This document shows, in pieces, positions 48,690 to 58,800 of a DNA stretch of 64,000 bases (position 1 is the stretch's first letter; each line of letters starts with the position of its first letter). The DNA is from a virus. The DNA lies in IMG/VR virus record IMGVR_UViG_3300033145_001320, positions 1 to 64,000 of that record; one strand, 5' to 3'. Position numbers and translations under genes: made by a program. Under the pieces are notes generated by a model. The model searched no databases. It was not told where the DNA came from and saw nothing but the letters and a program-made list of their open reading frames with translations.

Positions 48690-50210
48690 CTATCCGAGTA
48701 ATGTTTGATATTTTTGAACTAACAATGACTTGACCATATCACGATTTTGTAACATTCGATTAAAAATAATCTCAGTTTCCAAAAATCTATAATCGGTCAA
48801 TGGCATTGCATCAACCCCTTCTACCAAACTACGAGTTGTACCGCTTTTTGCATCTGCTGAAAATACTGGATTTAAATGAAGAAGGTTAAATTTCGCACCT
48901 TCACTTTTAAAGTGTTTATAGGTATGTTCAAACATACCTTTTATTTCATTTTCATATCCGTCAGACACGACCACGATATTTTCAACCCCTGTTTGAATAG
49001 CATCAACAAGTCCGCTCCACAAATTAGTTGCACCATTTGGAACCAACACATTGACTTTGCTTTTGGTTGGAGTTTCTACAACTTTACCGCCTATGTAAAA
49101 GACATCCTTGATATTGTCCAATGCCGATACTAAACATAGTGATGTGATAAATGGATGCAATGGACGCTGTTCACTTCCTATCATTGATTTTGATGCATCA
49201 ATGATAACAACACATTCTCCTATGGTGAGACGTTTCTGTCTACCGCTTACTACAACGATAGCTTCTTCTATCTCATCCATATTATCAGATTCATCGTTTA
49301 GAAGTTTATAGTAGAAAGATTTCCATAGATCATACAAGTCCTGTTTCTGATAATCGACTTTGAATGATGTTGCTCCACTTTTCTTGGCTGCGCTTTCCAG
49401 CTGAATCTTTTCACGATCAGTCATCTTTGCAGTTGAATATATTTCTGAAATATCAATATCAACTCCATAAGTATTACGAAATCCCATAACTGTTCGCTGA
49501 GGCATACCCTTCATATATTTTCTAAATGAAGTAGTAAGACCTGATTGCGCTGCTTGTCTTAAAGACCAATAGTTATCAATCTTTGGAAAATATGTTGAGA
49601 GTCCTTCACGACGAGGTTCTTTATCAAAGATGTGACAAAATACAGGATATGATTCCATATTGTATCTTCCAATCCACTTTGAGAAAAGTTTCATGTCACC
49701 ATTCAATATTTTGAATAAGTCCTGTTTACCTAATGCATGTCGTACAAGGGTTTTCAATTTTCCTTTATAGTTTACTGCCAGTCCATCAAGATCTCTGGAA
49801 TCACGGTCGAAGATAAAACTCAATATAAGTTTTCTTGTTCTTGCATTATTAACTCTATTAAATCCTTCTGCACCTGTTAGCATTAAAAGATTTTTTAATG
49901 CTCTTGGGATACGCTCTTTTGACAGATTGTAAAGAATGACTTTCGATTCATAATCAAAGGAAAGACCATCAACAGCAGGAAGATTACTTGAAGGTACAGG
50001 ATTACCAAGTAACATATGTGTCATTGCACCTTTCGAAAAACCTGTTCCTTTAAGAAGAGTTATTAAACAGAATAGCGTTCTATCATAATTGAATAAATCG
50101 CTCCACATTTGAACTACACGGCTAAATTGTTCGTCTGCATCCTCATAATATGCGCCTTTTGGTACGTATTGAAGAATCCCTGAGTCAATTTTGGTTTTGC
50201 TTAAATCCAT
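48690..50210 (-). CDS. Ro60/TROVE-like protein: helical N-terminal region plus C-terminal vWA domain
   Basis: 506 aa; MIDAS motif DASKSM...GATNL...VSDGYEN after a basic alpha-helical region. Directly downstream of the structured RNA array. The vWA call is solid; Ro-likeness is inferred from architecture and context. Confidence 0.6.
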   Translation of the reverse strand: MDLSKTKIDSGILQYVPKGAYYEDADEQFSRVVQMWSDLFNYDRTLFCLITLLKGTGFSKGAMTHMLLGNPVPSSNLPAVDGLSFDYESKVILYNLSKERIPRALKNLLMLTGAEGFNRVNNARTRKLILSFIFDRDSRDLDGLAVNYKGKLKTLVRHALGKQDLFKILNGDMKLFSKWIGRYNMESYPVFCHIFDKEPRREGLSTYFPKIDNYWSLRQAAQSGLTTSFRKYMKGMPQRTVMGFRNTYGVDIDISEIYSTAKMTDREKIQLESAAKKSGATSFKVDYQKQDLYDLWKSFYYKLLNDESDNMDEIEEAIVVVSGRQKRLTIGECVVIIDASKSMIGSEQRPLHPFITSLCLVSALDNIKDVFYIGGKVVETPTKSKVNVLVPNGATNLWSGLVDAIQTGVENIVVVSDGYENEIKGMFEHTYKHFKSEGAKFNLLHLNPVFSADAKSGTTRSLVEGVDAMPLTDYRFLETEIIFNRMLQNRDMVKSLLVQKYQTLLG

Positions 50211-50310
50211 TATTCGTTAGTCCTCCCTTATTAAATTTCATTCCAACGTAAGTAAAACATATCCAATTTTTTAGTGTGAAAAATAAAAATCAATAATGCA
50301 CCTCAAATAA

Positions 50311-50381
50311 TTGGGTGGACTAGTTATTAGTATAATTACAATAGTTATCTATTATAGTTACCTAACACTAATCCACCCCAA
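50311..50381 (-). other. Long hairpin between the ncRNA array and the vWA gene
   Basis: TTGGGGTGGATTAGTGTTAG...CTAATAACTAGTCCACCCAA. Confidence 0.6.
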
Positions 50382-50393
50382 GCTAAGGAGGTT

Positions 50394-50518
50394 TCTTGAA
50401 AGTGTAAATGTATTATGTTTGGGTGAAAAACAGGTATCGAAACCTGCTACCTATTGCTTTAAATGCAATTGCTCTACCAAATGAGCTATTTTCAGAAAAT
50501 ACAAAAAGTCTTTCAAGA
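50394..50518 (-). ncRNA. Array unit 4: scaffold stem enclosing a near-complete tRNA-like body (50420-50494; anticodon-position TTA)
   Basis: TCTTGAAAG-ACTTTT-TGTATT-TTC-[TGAAAA TA GCTC ATTTGGTA GAGC A ATTGC ATTTAAA GCAAT AGGTA GCAGG TTTCGATA CCTGT TTTTCA CCCA]-AACAT-AATACA-TTTACA-CTTTCAAGA. Confidence 0.8.
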
Positions 50519-50527
50519 GAAAAATAG

Positions 50528-50587
50528 ATGGAGGAATATATGCAGTTGTTGATTTTAAAGTAATCTGAATCTGCATAAAGTCTCCAT
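50528..50587 (-). ncRNA. Array unit 3: scaffold stem with anticodon-like stem-loop (loop ACTTTAA)
   Basis: ATGGAG-ACTTT-ATGCAG-ATTCA-GATT ACTTTAA AATC-AACAA-CTGCAT-ATATTC-CTCCAT. Confidence 0.7.
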
Positions 50588-50603
50588 GAAATAAACATAG
50601 TGA

Positions 50604-50675
50604 AATAGAAGCTGTAAATGTAATTGTAGTTATTTTCTCCAAATGAAAAACAGAAATTACATTAAGTCTTCTATT
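50604..50675 (-). ncRNA. Array unit 2: scaffold stem with anticodon-like stem-loop (loop ATTTGGA, TTG)
   Basis: AATAGAAG-ACTT-AATGTAATT-TCTGT-TTTTC ATTTGGA GAAAA-TAACTAC-AATTACATT-TACAG-CTTCTATT. Confidence 0.7.
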
Positions 50676-50687
50676 AGAAATTTTGAA

Positions 50688-50796
50688 GCCCGAAGTGGAA
50701 ATTGTATTATGTTGAGGGACTTGAACCCTATACGCTTGTTTATCATACAAGTGCTGAACCAATCAGCTATCAGAAAATACAAAAAGTCTTCTGGGC
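50688..50796 (-). ncRNA. Array unit 1: scaffold stem enclosing a tRNA-like body (D arm, anticodon arm GAT, T arm, truncated acceptor stem)
   Basis: GCCC(A)GAAG-ACTTT-TTGTATT-TTC-[TGA TA GCTGA TTGGT TCAGC A CTTGT ATGATAA ACAAG CGTAT AGGG TTCAAGT CCCT CA]-ACAT-AATACAA-TTTCCA-CTTCGGGC. Confidence 0.8.
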
Positions 50797-50859
50797 ATAA
50801 ATGATAATAAAAAATGATATTGGAGTTGAATCCAAAATAGTTTTTGCCGATAATCATTC

Positions 50860-50881
50860 ATTCAGTTATTAATATATATAG
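50860..50881 (-). promoter_or_regulatory. Candidate early phage promoter CTATATATATTAATAACTGAAT
   Basis: 20/22 identical to 61064-61085. Both copies are intergenic and head a structured leader plus operon. Confidence 0.6.
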
Positions 50882-50902
50882 ACAATAATTTTTAAAATGA
50901 AT

Positions 50903-51163
50903 TTATGTGGCGTCTACGAGGACAGGTTTTTTTGCATCACCCAAATCAAATATTAACTTTCTGCCTGGGTAATTGTCAGCAGTAGATGACATAATTTGTT
51001 TTACAGAATGAGGCATAGAATTATTTGTGTAATATAATTGGACCCCGCCTTTAAAATTAAATACAATTCCATCATGAGTCTCTGAAACATCTACTAACTC
51101 ACTTCTATCGACACTTAAATTTAAAGATTTATGTTTGATTATTATTTGTGTGTTGTCTGCCAT
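50903..51163 (-). CDS. Hypothetical protein
   Basis: 86 aa, last gene of the RNAP set 2 operon. Confidence 0.6.
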   Translation of the reverse strand: MADNTQIIIKHKSLNLSVDRSELVDVSETHDGIVFNFKGGVQLYYTNNSMPHSVKQIMSSTADNYPGRKLIFDLGDAKKPVLVDAT

Positions 51164-51169
51164 TCTTTT

Positions 51170-51787
51170 TTACTCCTTTCGTATTAATGTTATTAAAATA
51201 GAACTTCTCAAATTCTTTGATTTTTTACAAAACCATTTGATAATGTTGTCTTTATTATATGTTCTTAAAAAATCAGCAATCATCTCAGAGTAATAATGCA
51301 GATCTAATTGTTCCTCAATCTCTCGAATTATTTTGATATCATTATGTTCGCAGAACTTTTCAACTTGGAACGAGTTAGTATCTGGATTTAAAAGACTCCA
51401 TATATCAACTATAAATTTTTCATGATCATATTCGACAAATTCTATAAATTTATACAATTCATTTATATCATCTTGATTATAGAATGGATCAAGATTTATT
51501 GAAAATTCAAAATCATATTTTTCAGGCATTTTCTGAACAATTGAAAATGCAAGTACCCTTTGATATGCAAGAGGAAACTTTTTGATCTTTCCAATAACAG
51601 ATTGATAGTTTGTCATAAATTCTGGATGACCCATGTAATCCGTAACATTCACATAATAGAATTGCATAAGTCCTGAGTCGATTACAGAATTTCCATAATA
51701 TTCATCTATCTCTGTATCGTCAATTTCCATTTCTGGTTCTTCAATTGTGTTTCCACATAATACTTTTAATTCTTCTGAGTCATACAT
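51170..51787 (-). CDS. Hypothetical acidic protein
   Basis: 205 aa, directly after beta set 2. Confidence 0.65.
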   Translation of the reverse strand: MYDSEELKVLCGNTIEEPEMEIDDTEIDEYYGNSVIDSGLMQFYYVNVTDYMGHPEFMTNYQSVIGKIKKFPLAYQRVLAFSIVQKMPEKYDFEFSINLDPFYNQDDINELYKFIEFVEYDHEKFIVDIWSLLNPDTNSFQVEKFCEHNDIKIIREIEEQLDLHYYSEMIADFLRTYNKDNIIKWFCKKSKNLRSSILITLIRKE

Positions 51788-51790
51788 TCT

Positions 51791-54700
51791 TTAATCCCTC
51801 GTCAACATTAATGATATAAAATATGAGTTTAATAAATCTCTTGCAGGTGATGTTTTTGGTTCACGATATTCGGCACCACCAGTTTTAATAATTTCTGCTA
51901 ACATTTCTTCTTTTGTTATATAATCATCTGATAGTGGACCCATGAACTCTGCAAGCACGCTAGGACAGTTATAAGAAATGAATGAATAGGTATCAAGCTC
52001 TCCTAACCTCTGTCCTCCTTCACGCCTTTTACCAGCAGTAGGTTGTGCTGTTTTTCCTGTCATTGGTCCTGTTGAACGTCCGTATATTTTTGCATCGCCC
52101 ATATGCTCCAACTTTGCTATATACATATAACCTACTGGAACAGCATGAGTAGTAGATGTATTATATTCAGGTAGTTTTAATTTATATGTTGATTTCAATC
52201 CAATAGATTTTAATGCATTTTCAATATCTTTATGACTTGGTGCTTTAAAAGGTGGAATAATAATTGGATAGAATCCACTTTTCTTAATTTCAGCTATGAA
52301 TTTAGTATATGCTGTTGCACTCAAACTTGATATATTCTTACCGAGTCTTTCTGTTGTTTCTTTATTTTTTGACTTATCTAAATGACCATATACTTTTTTA
52401 ATTAAAGCAACAACTTGTGTTTTTGTTTTCAGAGTTGGAATGATTTTTCCAAGTTCTTTTGCTATTAGTCCACAATACATTTCATACAATTGCCCGATAT
52501 TCATTCGACCTAATAACCCAAGAGGATTCAAAAGAATTTCAACACGGTCACCATTTGGCATTCTTGGCATCAATTCATCTTTTTCAATTATTGAAATGAT
52601 ACCCTTGTTTCCATAACGGTTGCAGAGTTTATCACTTACTTTAATATCTAACTCTTGTTCAATTTTAAATCGAATATAAACTCCCTTTATTGTTTCACCT
52701 TTATATGTAAATTTATCTTTTGGAAGTTTTGGATTTCGTTTGTTTGTCCTTGCAATGAGATCTTTTAACATTGGAAATTTAGAATCACCAACATTAGAAA
52801 ATATATCAATATCAACAATTCGACCACCCTGACTCTTTTTAATAAATTGACCTGAATGCATATCAGTAGTTTCATCTTCTTCAAAGCCAATAATATCTTC
52901 AACGTCTCCAAATGTCTTTCTTAATATTGGTTTTCCTTTTGCAATTGAATCGCCGACCTCTGCAATATAAAGAAGTCTGTCATTTTCAGCAACTATAACT
53001 TCTTCTTCAATTCCATGAAGGGATGTTAGTTTTCCTTCTTTAGCAACACTCTCACTTATAACAGCACCATCCTCAAAGTTATATCCTTTGTATGGCATTA
53101 AGGCAGCTAGTAATGGTCTACCTAATGCAATTGCACCATTAGACATACAAGCACCTTCTGCAATAACTTGGTTTTCTTTGACTCTTTCATTCTTTTCAAC
53201 AACAGGATTGAATACACTCAAGGTATTCTTTCCTGAACCAGAACGAAGATGTACAGGTGATATATCGACCGTCTTAGACCCCTTAGAACCGCATTGAATC
53301 TTAATTGCATCCTTGGATATACTTAGTATCTTACCGTTGCATGGGGACCGCTTTACGAAGTTGTCAGACAGAACGTCCGTAAGGATTGACTCGTATCCTG
53401 ACTGTACAATAGGCGCTTGAGGATCCTTTAATGGAACCATCTGCTTTGCTTGATTTGCAAGCATTATTATTCTAGCACCATCTACATTTTCAAGGAATGG
53501 CACCATTGATGTAGTCGTTGACAACATTCCTGATTTTTCGGTATTGGTTATATTTTTACTTGAGAACATGCCACGTGAAGATGAGATTAAAGCATCAATT
53601 GTTAGCTGTTGAGCAATACCAATATTATCACTTTCAGGAGTATCTAATGGATCAATATTTCCAAAATAGCTTGGGTGAATATTACGAGCTATTGTTTGAA
53701 TTGCTCTCTTATCAGGTATGCCGCCTACCTTTTGGCCAACAGGAGAAACTCGAGTCATAGTTGACATCTCTTCAATTGGATTTGCGTATTCCATATCAAC
53801 AACTAATTCTGTCATTAAGAAATCGCTTAATACTTTTGTTGATGGAATTTCAAATTGTGCTTGTTCATTTCCTGATAATACTTGTTCTTTATACACTGTA
53901 TATGCAGCAAGAATTTGTTTCTGTGTTAAATGAACCAATACTTCTGAATTTCTAATACGTTGATTTGATAAATCATTACGTTCAATGACATATCCTTGTA
54001 CAACTTTATCAGCCATATAGTTCATAATCAAATCAAGACTAGTTGGAAACTGTTGACTTTTCAATACTTGCTTTGCAACAGGATCAACAATATTTTGTAA
54101 GTTTGAACTGATTAAGAATGTTGAGTTCATTCTTCCAGTTAGACTAATAATTAAATCTTCAAAGTATTCTTTTGATGGAAATTCTTTTTCAATTGTATAT
54201 TGTTCTGGTTTCCCATGTATAAAACCTACAACCATTTGCTCTTGAAGTTCAGTGTTTATATTTTTAAATACACAATACTGCCCTTCTTTGATTTTAGCAA
54301 AATACTTTTCACCTGTTGGTTTTGTATCAACAATTTCATATTTTATTTTGTATTGGTTACATGTTTTTTCAAAACCAAAACTAAATGATAATAAGAAAAA
54401 CAAAGGCATTTTATATGACATAAATGCTTCTAGATATTTAACACGTCTTAAACTTTTAACATAGATTCTAAATACAGAATATGAACTTTCGAATCGTGAA
54501 TGTCCTGGTTTCGGAAACGTTATCGGATTCTGTACAATTTGATTAACAAGACATTTTTGTTTTCCATTTAATCTAAAGACTCCTGTACTTGGATTAATAC
54601 GTGGAAGTTCTAGTTTGATATTATGTACATTGCCAAATTGATCTTTCAATGTAACGGTTGCAATGTTAATATCTGATTTTAATATTTCTCCAGCTCGTCC

Positions 54701-55879
54701 TGGTTTATGAGAAATAGAAAATTTTTCAAACTTCAATGGAAGATCTTTTGATTCCAATACCTTAAATGAACTAATCAAATCTTTTCTTAGATTTGTTTCA
54801 AAGTCTAACTGTCTTTTCTTAAATATATGTTTTGGAGCTTTTCCGTCAACCATCTTTACAGGATCGTATGTTTTGATGGTTTCGTTTATTGCTAAACTTT
54901 CTGCTTTTGTAGGAGGAATTATATCCCCCGCTAATGTTGAACTGATTGCAGTTAAAGCTTTTGTTTTCCCTTTAGCTGGAATTTTCTTTGCAATAGCTGT
55001 AGCTCTGTTTATATCTCCACTAGTTCCATATAAAATAGAAGATGTTGCAATGGTTTTAATTTCATCTGCATTTGCATCACCAGAGACAATTTTTGTAACC
55101 TCATCAGGATCTTTTTGTAAGTATGTTTGGATTGCTCCTTTTATGCTAGCTACATTTTTTGAGTCAATATTTTTATCGAGTACTTTCATTATAATTTTTG
55201 TAGCTTTATTTGTTTCTGTTTCTTGTTCTGTATCAGTCAGGACACCTTTTAAATTTCTTACATAATGAAGTACTCTTTGAAATGTAAATTCTCCATCCTT
55301 TACAAGAAGTCTATAATTTGATTTTCCATTAGTTACTGTATTCAATATCATATCATCAAATAGAAAACTTCCATCTTTCATATCACGAACAATTGGAAAT
55401 ATCTTTCTATTGACAAATGTATTAACTTCTCTATTTAAATCTATAGAATATAAAAGAATTTTTTGATAGTTGTCTGGGAACTGTGCAGTTGCTGTCTTTA
55501 AAATATTTTTTAATAGAAACCCAGCTCTTTGTCTGTAGTTGGTTGGTTTATGCATTACATCAATAGCATTTGTGTATTGTGATAAATCAAGGATAACGTT
55601 TTTTCCTGGTGGGACTTTTTGGTTGGCTGCATATGGTATTAATTTTAAAGCACGATATGCTCTCACAAGATCAGGAGTCATTCTTGTTCTTGGAACTGTT
55701 GTCAATGGAACTGATACATTCTTAAAATCAATCTTCCTCAAATTCATTTTCGCATAATCTTCAATAAAATTTGAGTTCTCAGGAAAATATATTAAAAGAA
55801 ACGGTTCTTTTATATCCTGTGGAAATCTAACTCCATCAACAATATGTGTATATTGTCTCCAATTTTTAAATTGAATCAT
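51791..55879 (-). CDS. rpoB: DNA-directed RNA polymerase beta subunit, set 2 (probably virion RNAP), with ~400-aa N-terminal extension
   Basis: GVFRLNG, HPSYFGNIDPLDTPE, GYNFEDG, SDKLCNRYGNKGIIS, NPLGLLGRMNIGQ and GGQRLGELD; 1362 aa. Confidence 0.95.
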   Translation of the reverse strand: MIQFKNWRQYTHIVDGVRFPQDIKEPFLLIYFPENSNFIEDYAKMNLRKIDFKNVSVPLTTVPRTRMTPDLVRAYRALKLIPYAANQKVPPGKNVILDLSQYTNAIDVMHKPTNYRQRAGFLLKNILKTATAQFPDNYQKILLYSIDLNREVNTFVNRKIFPIVRDMKDGSFLFDDMILNTVTNGKSNYRLLVKDGEFTFQRVLHYVRNLKGVLTDTEQETETNKATKIIMKVLDKNIDSKNVASIKGAIQTYLQKDPDEVTKIVSGDANADEIKTIATSSILYGTSGDINRATAIAKKIPAKGKTKALTAISSTLAGDIIPPTKAESLAINETIKTYDPVKMVDGKAPKHIFKKRQLDFETNLRKDLISSFKVLESKDLPLKFEKFSISHKPGRAGEILKSDINIATVTLKDQFGNVHNIKLELPRINPSTGVFRLNGKQKCLVNQIVQNPITFPKPGHSRFESSYSVFRIYVKSLRRVKYLEAFMSYKMPLFFLLSFSFGFEKTCNQYKIKYEIVDTKPTGEKYFAKIKEGQYCVFKNINTELQEQMVVGFIHGKPEQYTIEKEFPSKEYFEDLIISLTGRMNSTFLISSNLQNIVDPVAKQVLKSQQFPTSLDLIMNYMADKVVQGYVIERNDLSNQRIRNSEVLVHLTQKQILAAYTVYKEQVLSGNEQAQFEIPSTKVLSDFLMTELVVDMEYANPIEEMSTMTRVSPVGQKVGGIPDKRAIQTIARNIHPSYFGNIDPLDTPESDNIGIAQQLTIDALISSSRGMFSSKNITNTEKSGMLSTTTSMVPFLENVDGARIIMLANQAKQMVPLKDPQAPIVQSGYESILTDVLSDNFVKRSPCNGKILSISKDAIKIQCGSKGSKTVDISPVHLRSGSGKNTLSVFNPVVEKNERVKENQVIAEGACMSNGAIALGRPLLAALMPYKGYNFEDGAVISESVAKEGKLTSLHGIEEEVIVAENDRLLYIAEVGDSIAKGKPILRKTFGDVEDIIGFEEDETTDMHSGQFIKKSQGGRIVDIDIFSNVGDSKFPMLKDLIARTNKRNPKLPKDKFTYKGETIKGVYIRFKIEQELDIKVSDKLCNRYGNKGIISIIEKDELMPRMPNGDRVEILLNPLGLLGRMNIGQLYEMYCGLIAKELGKIIPTLKTKTQVVALIKKVYGHLDKSKNKETTERLGKNISSLSATAYTKFIAEIKKSGFYPIIIPPFKAPSHKDIENALKSIGLKSTYKLKLPEYNTSTTHAVPVGYMYIAKLEHMGDAKIYGRSTGPMTGKTAQPTAGKRREGGQRLGELDTYSFISYNCPSVLAEFMGPLSDDYITKEEMLAEIIKTGGAEYREPKTSPARDLLNSYFISLMLTRD

Positions 55880-55881
55880 TC

Positions 55882-58800
55882 TTATCTCCTACGTTTTTTA
55901 GTTTCAACCAATGTTCCTGTAAGGACTTTTTCAAGAATACTTGGGTCACCACCATCATCTGTAATGAGTCCAGTTTTTATAGCTTCGTTTACATTTTCGA
56001 ATGCCAGTCCCTGGATAAAACTTGTTTTGAATACAATTTGTTTTATGTTAATCATTGTGGGATCCCATTTCTGTCCAAGTCTTGCTGGAATGCTTTGATT
56101 CTTTTTATCTCTCAATGCTTGTGATAATAAGACTTCAAGGTGTACAGAATCCATATTTCTCAATGTTCCATAAACAGCAAACAGTTTTAAGAATAAATGA
56201 TTTGCATCTTTATAGATTTCTCGACCACCTAATAAACGTCTTACATATTGAATTTGTGCTTTTGTATCGTCAGTCTGTATTGGTATTTCTAATACAGTAC
56301 TATTTGCTTCATATGATATCTTTGTAAATTCTTTTCCTACTTTTTCATCATTATATGTTTTTAGAATGGCTGGATAATCTAATATAATATTAAAAATAGA
56401 ATCATCATATTCAACCTTACATACTAATGCTTTAACAATAATTTCATTATCAATTTCATTATAAACTAAATCATCAGGTAAAGGATAATCTTCTTTATTT
56501 AAAGTCAGTACCATAGGACGTTTTGTAAATAATTCAGTATTATTCTGACCCAAATTTTTCATGATATTTTCTTTTGTGGTTAATGGATCGTTTTGAATAA
56601 TGTCATATCTGATATCTCTATCTTTAATCTTTACTGCTCCACCTGTATGGAATGATTTCATGATTGTTTGTGTACCTGCTTCTCCAACAAGCTGTGCTGC
56701 TAAAACTCCAACGTAAGGACTTTTGTGTCGTTTTAATAAATCACCATAACAAGTATGACATAATTTAGTAGACTCACATAATATAGGACTTCTTAAATTA
56801 ACAACATCTCCAACTTTTGTTTTACCTGGATCAAATCTTTCAACAGAATTTCCATTTAGGATATATCTACCTGTGAATATTCCTTTCATTTCTTTTGTCA
56901 TTCTGAAACTCAAATGACGTTTTGTTTTGCAATCTTTTAAACTCCTATCAATTTCAACAGTATTTAAAACATATGCAAGCTGGCGTGACATATAACCTGT
57001 ATCAGCAGTATTTAAAACACGATCAATTATACCTTTTCTTGAACCAGATGCTGCTGTAAAATATTCTTTATTTGTTAGACCATCTGCAAACGAACCTTTA
57101 ATTGCAGGAAGCACTTTTCCAGTTGGATCAGCAATCAATCCTTTTGCAACTAAAATTTGCATTGGTTGAGTCCATCCTTTTCCAGATCCAGATTGGACCA
57201 GATCATATAGTCCTGTACCCTTTAAATGTTCAACTAATAATTTTTCCATCTCTTCTAACAATACGGCAGCTTCTTCTGTTGTTGCACCATCTAACTTTTT
57301 CTTTAATTGTAGAATTGATGTTGGTAATTGAATATCATCTAATGTTATACTTGGTGAAGAAATTGTTGCAAATTTAAAACCTATTGTTTTCAATGCTGAG
57401 AATGTATTGATTGCTTGTTCACGCCCATACATTTCAAGAATTACAGGAATAAGACCATTTACAATTTTGCTATTAACTTCTTGATCAATAAAAGGATACG
57501 ATAGTGGGAATGTACTATTGAATATTGCTTTTCCCATAGTTGTAGTTTTCCCACGATATTTAACAGGGATATATGGATCAGATGCATTTTGTAAATCTGT
57601 ATTAGTAACAGAAATGGGTGGTGCTGTTCTTTTGACATTTTTTGTGATTGTATATAAACCAACACACATTTCTTTTGACAACTCAAATGTTACGGCAGTG
57701 GCAGAGTCTCCACTTTCTCCATTCATCATTTTACTTATAACTTCAGCTTGTGCTTCAGTTGTTATAGGATGATAAATTGCCATTGTGTCTCCATCAAAAT
57801 CAGCATTGAATCCGCCTACTTGGAGAGTACATAATCGTACTGTATTTCCATCAACTAAAATTGGTTTGAATCCACGAACAGATTCAGGTCGAAGTGCAGG
57901 ATCACGTTTTGCTAATACACTACGATTCATCATTGCTACTTCTGCCGCATCCCATATAATTTTATATAACTCTGGTGGAAGAACATCTCCACTTCCTACA
58001 GCTTTAAATACAGATTTAATACTATCAATTGATAATTCTAATTCTGTATGCTTTGTTACAGCTGCTGCTAATTTTGCTTGATCTACTTGACCAGAATAAA
58101 ACAACCGATGAATAATAAAAGGTTCAAACAAACTTATTGCTAACCTTAACGGGATACCAATCTCATTTACTTTTAAGTCTGGACCAGGCGTAATAACAGC
58201 GCGACCAGAAAAGTCTGTACGTTTGGCTAATAGACTTGAACGAATCAACCCATTCTTCTTTTGAATTAATTTACGAATGAATCCATCATGGGCAATTACT
58301 GCCTTTTGAAGTTCATAATTTAAAAGATCGAATAAAGGTCCTGATTTAGATGCACTCTTAATTTGATATGCTCGTCTAATTAAAGAAATGTAATGATCAT
58401 TTATTGGATCGTATATCCACATTCCTTTCTCATCCTGATATGCATCACGTTGTTCGGGTGGAATGACAGGAACTGTATCAATAAATAGATTGTTTTCTTT
58501 TATAGATTGTTTTATCTTTTTAATGAATTTATCTCTAGTTTCTGTCCCGCCTCTAAATTTTATCTTTGGTAGAATCTTAATAAACTCTGAAATGCCTGTT
58601 ACTCCATCAGGGTCAGTAATCAATAATCCTTGTGAATTAACTTTATATGTTTCCTCAGTTGATAGGAATTTTTCAATCTTTCTATCTAGCTGAAGTAATA
58701 ACATATATGCTGATGGATGAATAACTAATGCATTTAGTTTAATATATGAAAATGTCTTTTTACGATCTGTAGACTCTTCTGGACCAAAAATAATTTCTGA

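Noticed and set aside
50394-50796. CRISPR array or ordinary tRNA gene cluster
   Set aside because: There are no identical direct repeats with regular spacers and no cas genes. The tRNA-like bodies have short acceptor stems and A32, and are embedded in larger stems.
50413-50857. Minus-strand ORFs 50413..50598, 50451..50762 and 50657..50857
   Set aside because: They overlap each other in different frames, lack an RBS and cover the structured RNA array, which explains the sequence better.
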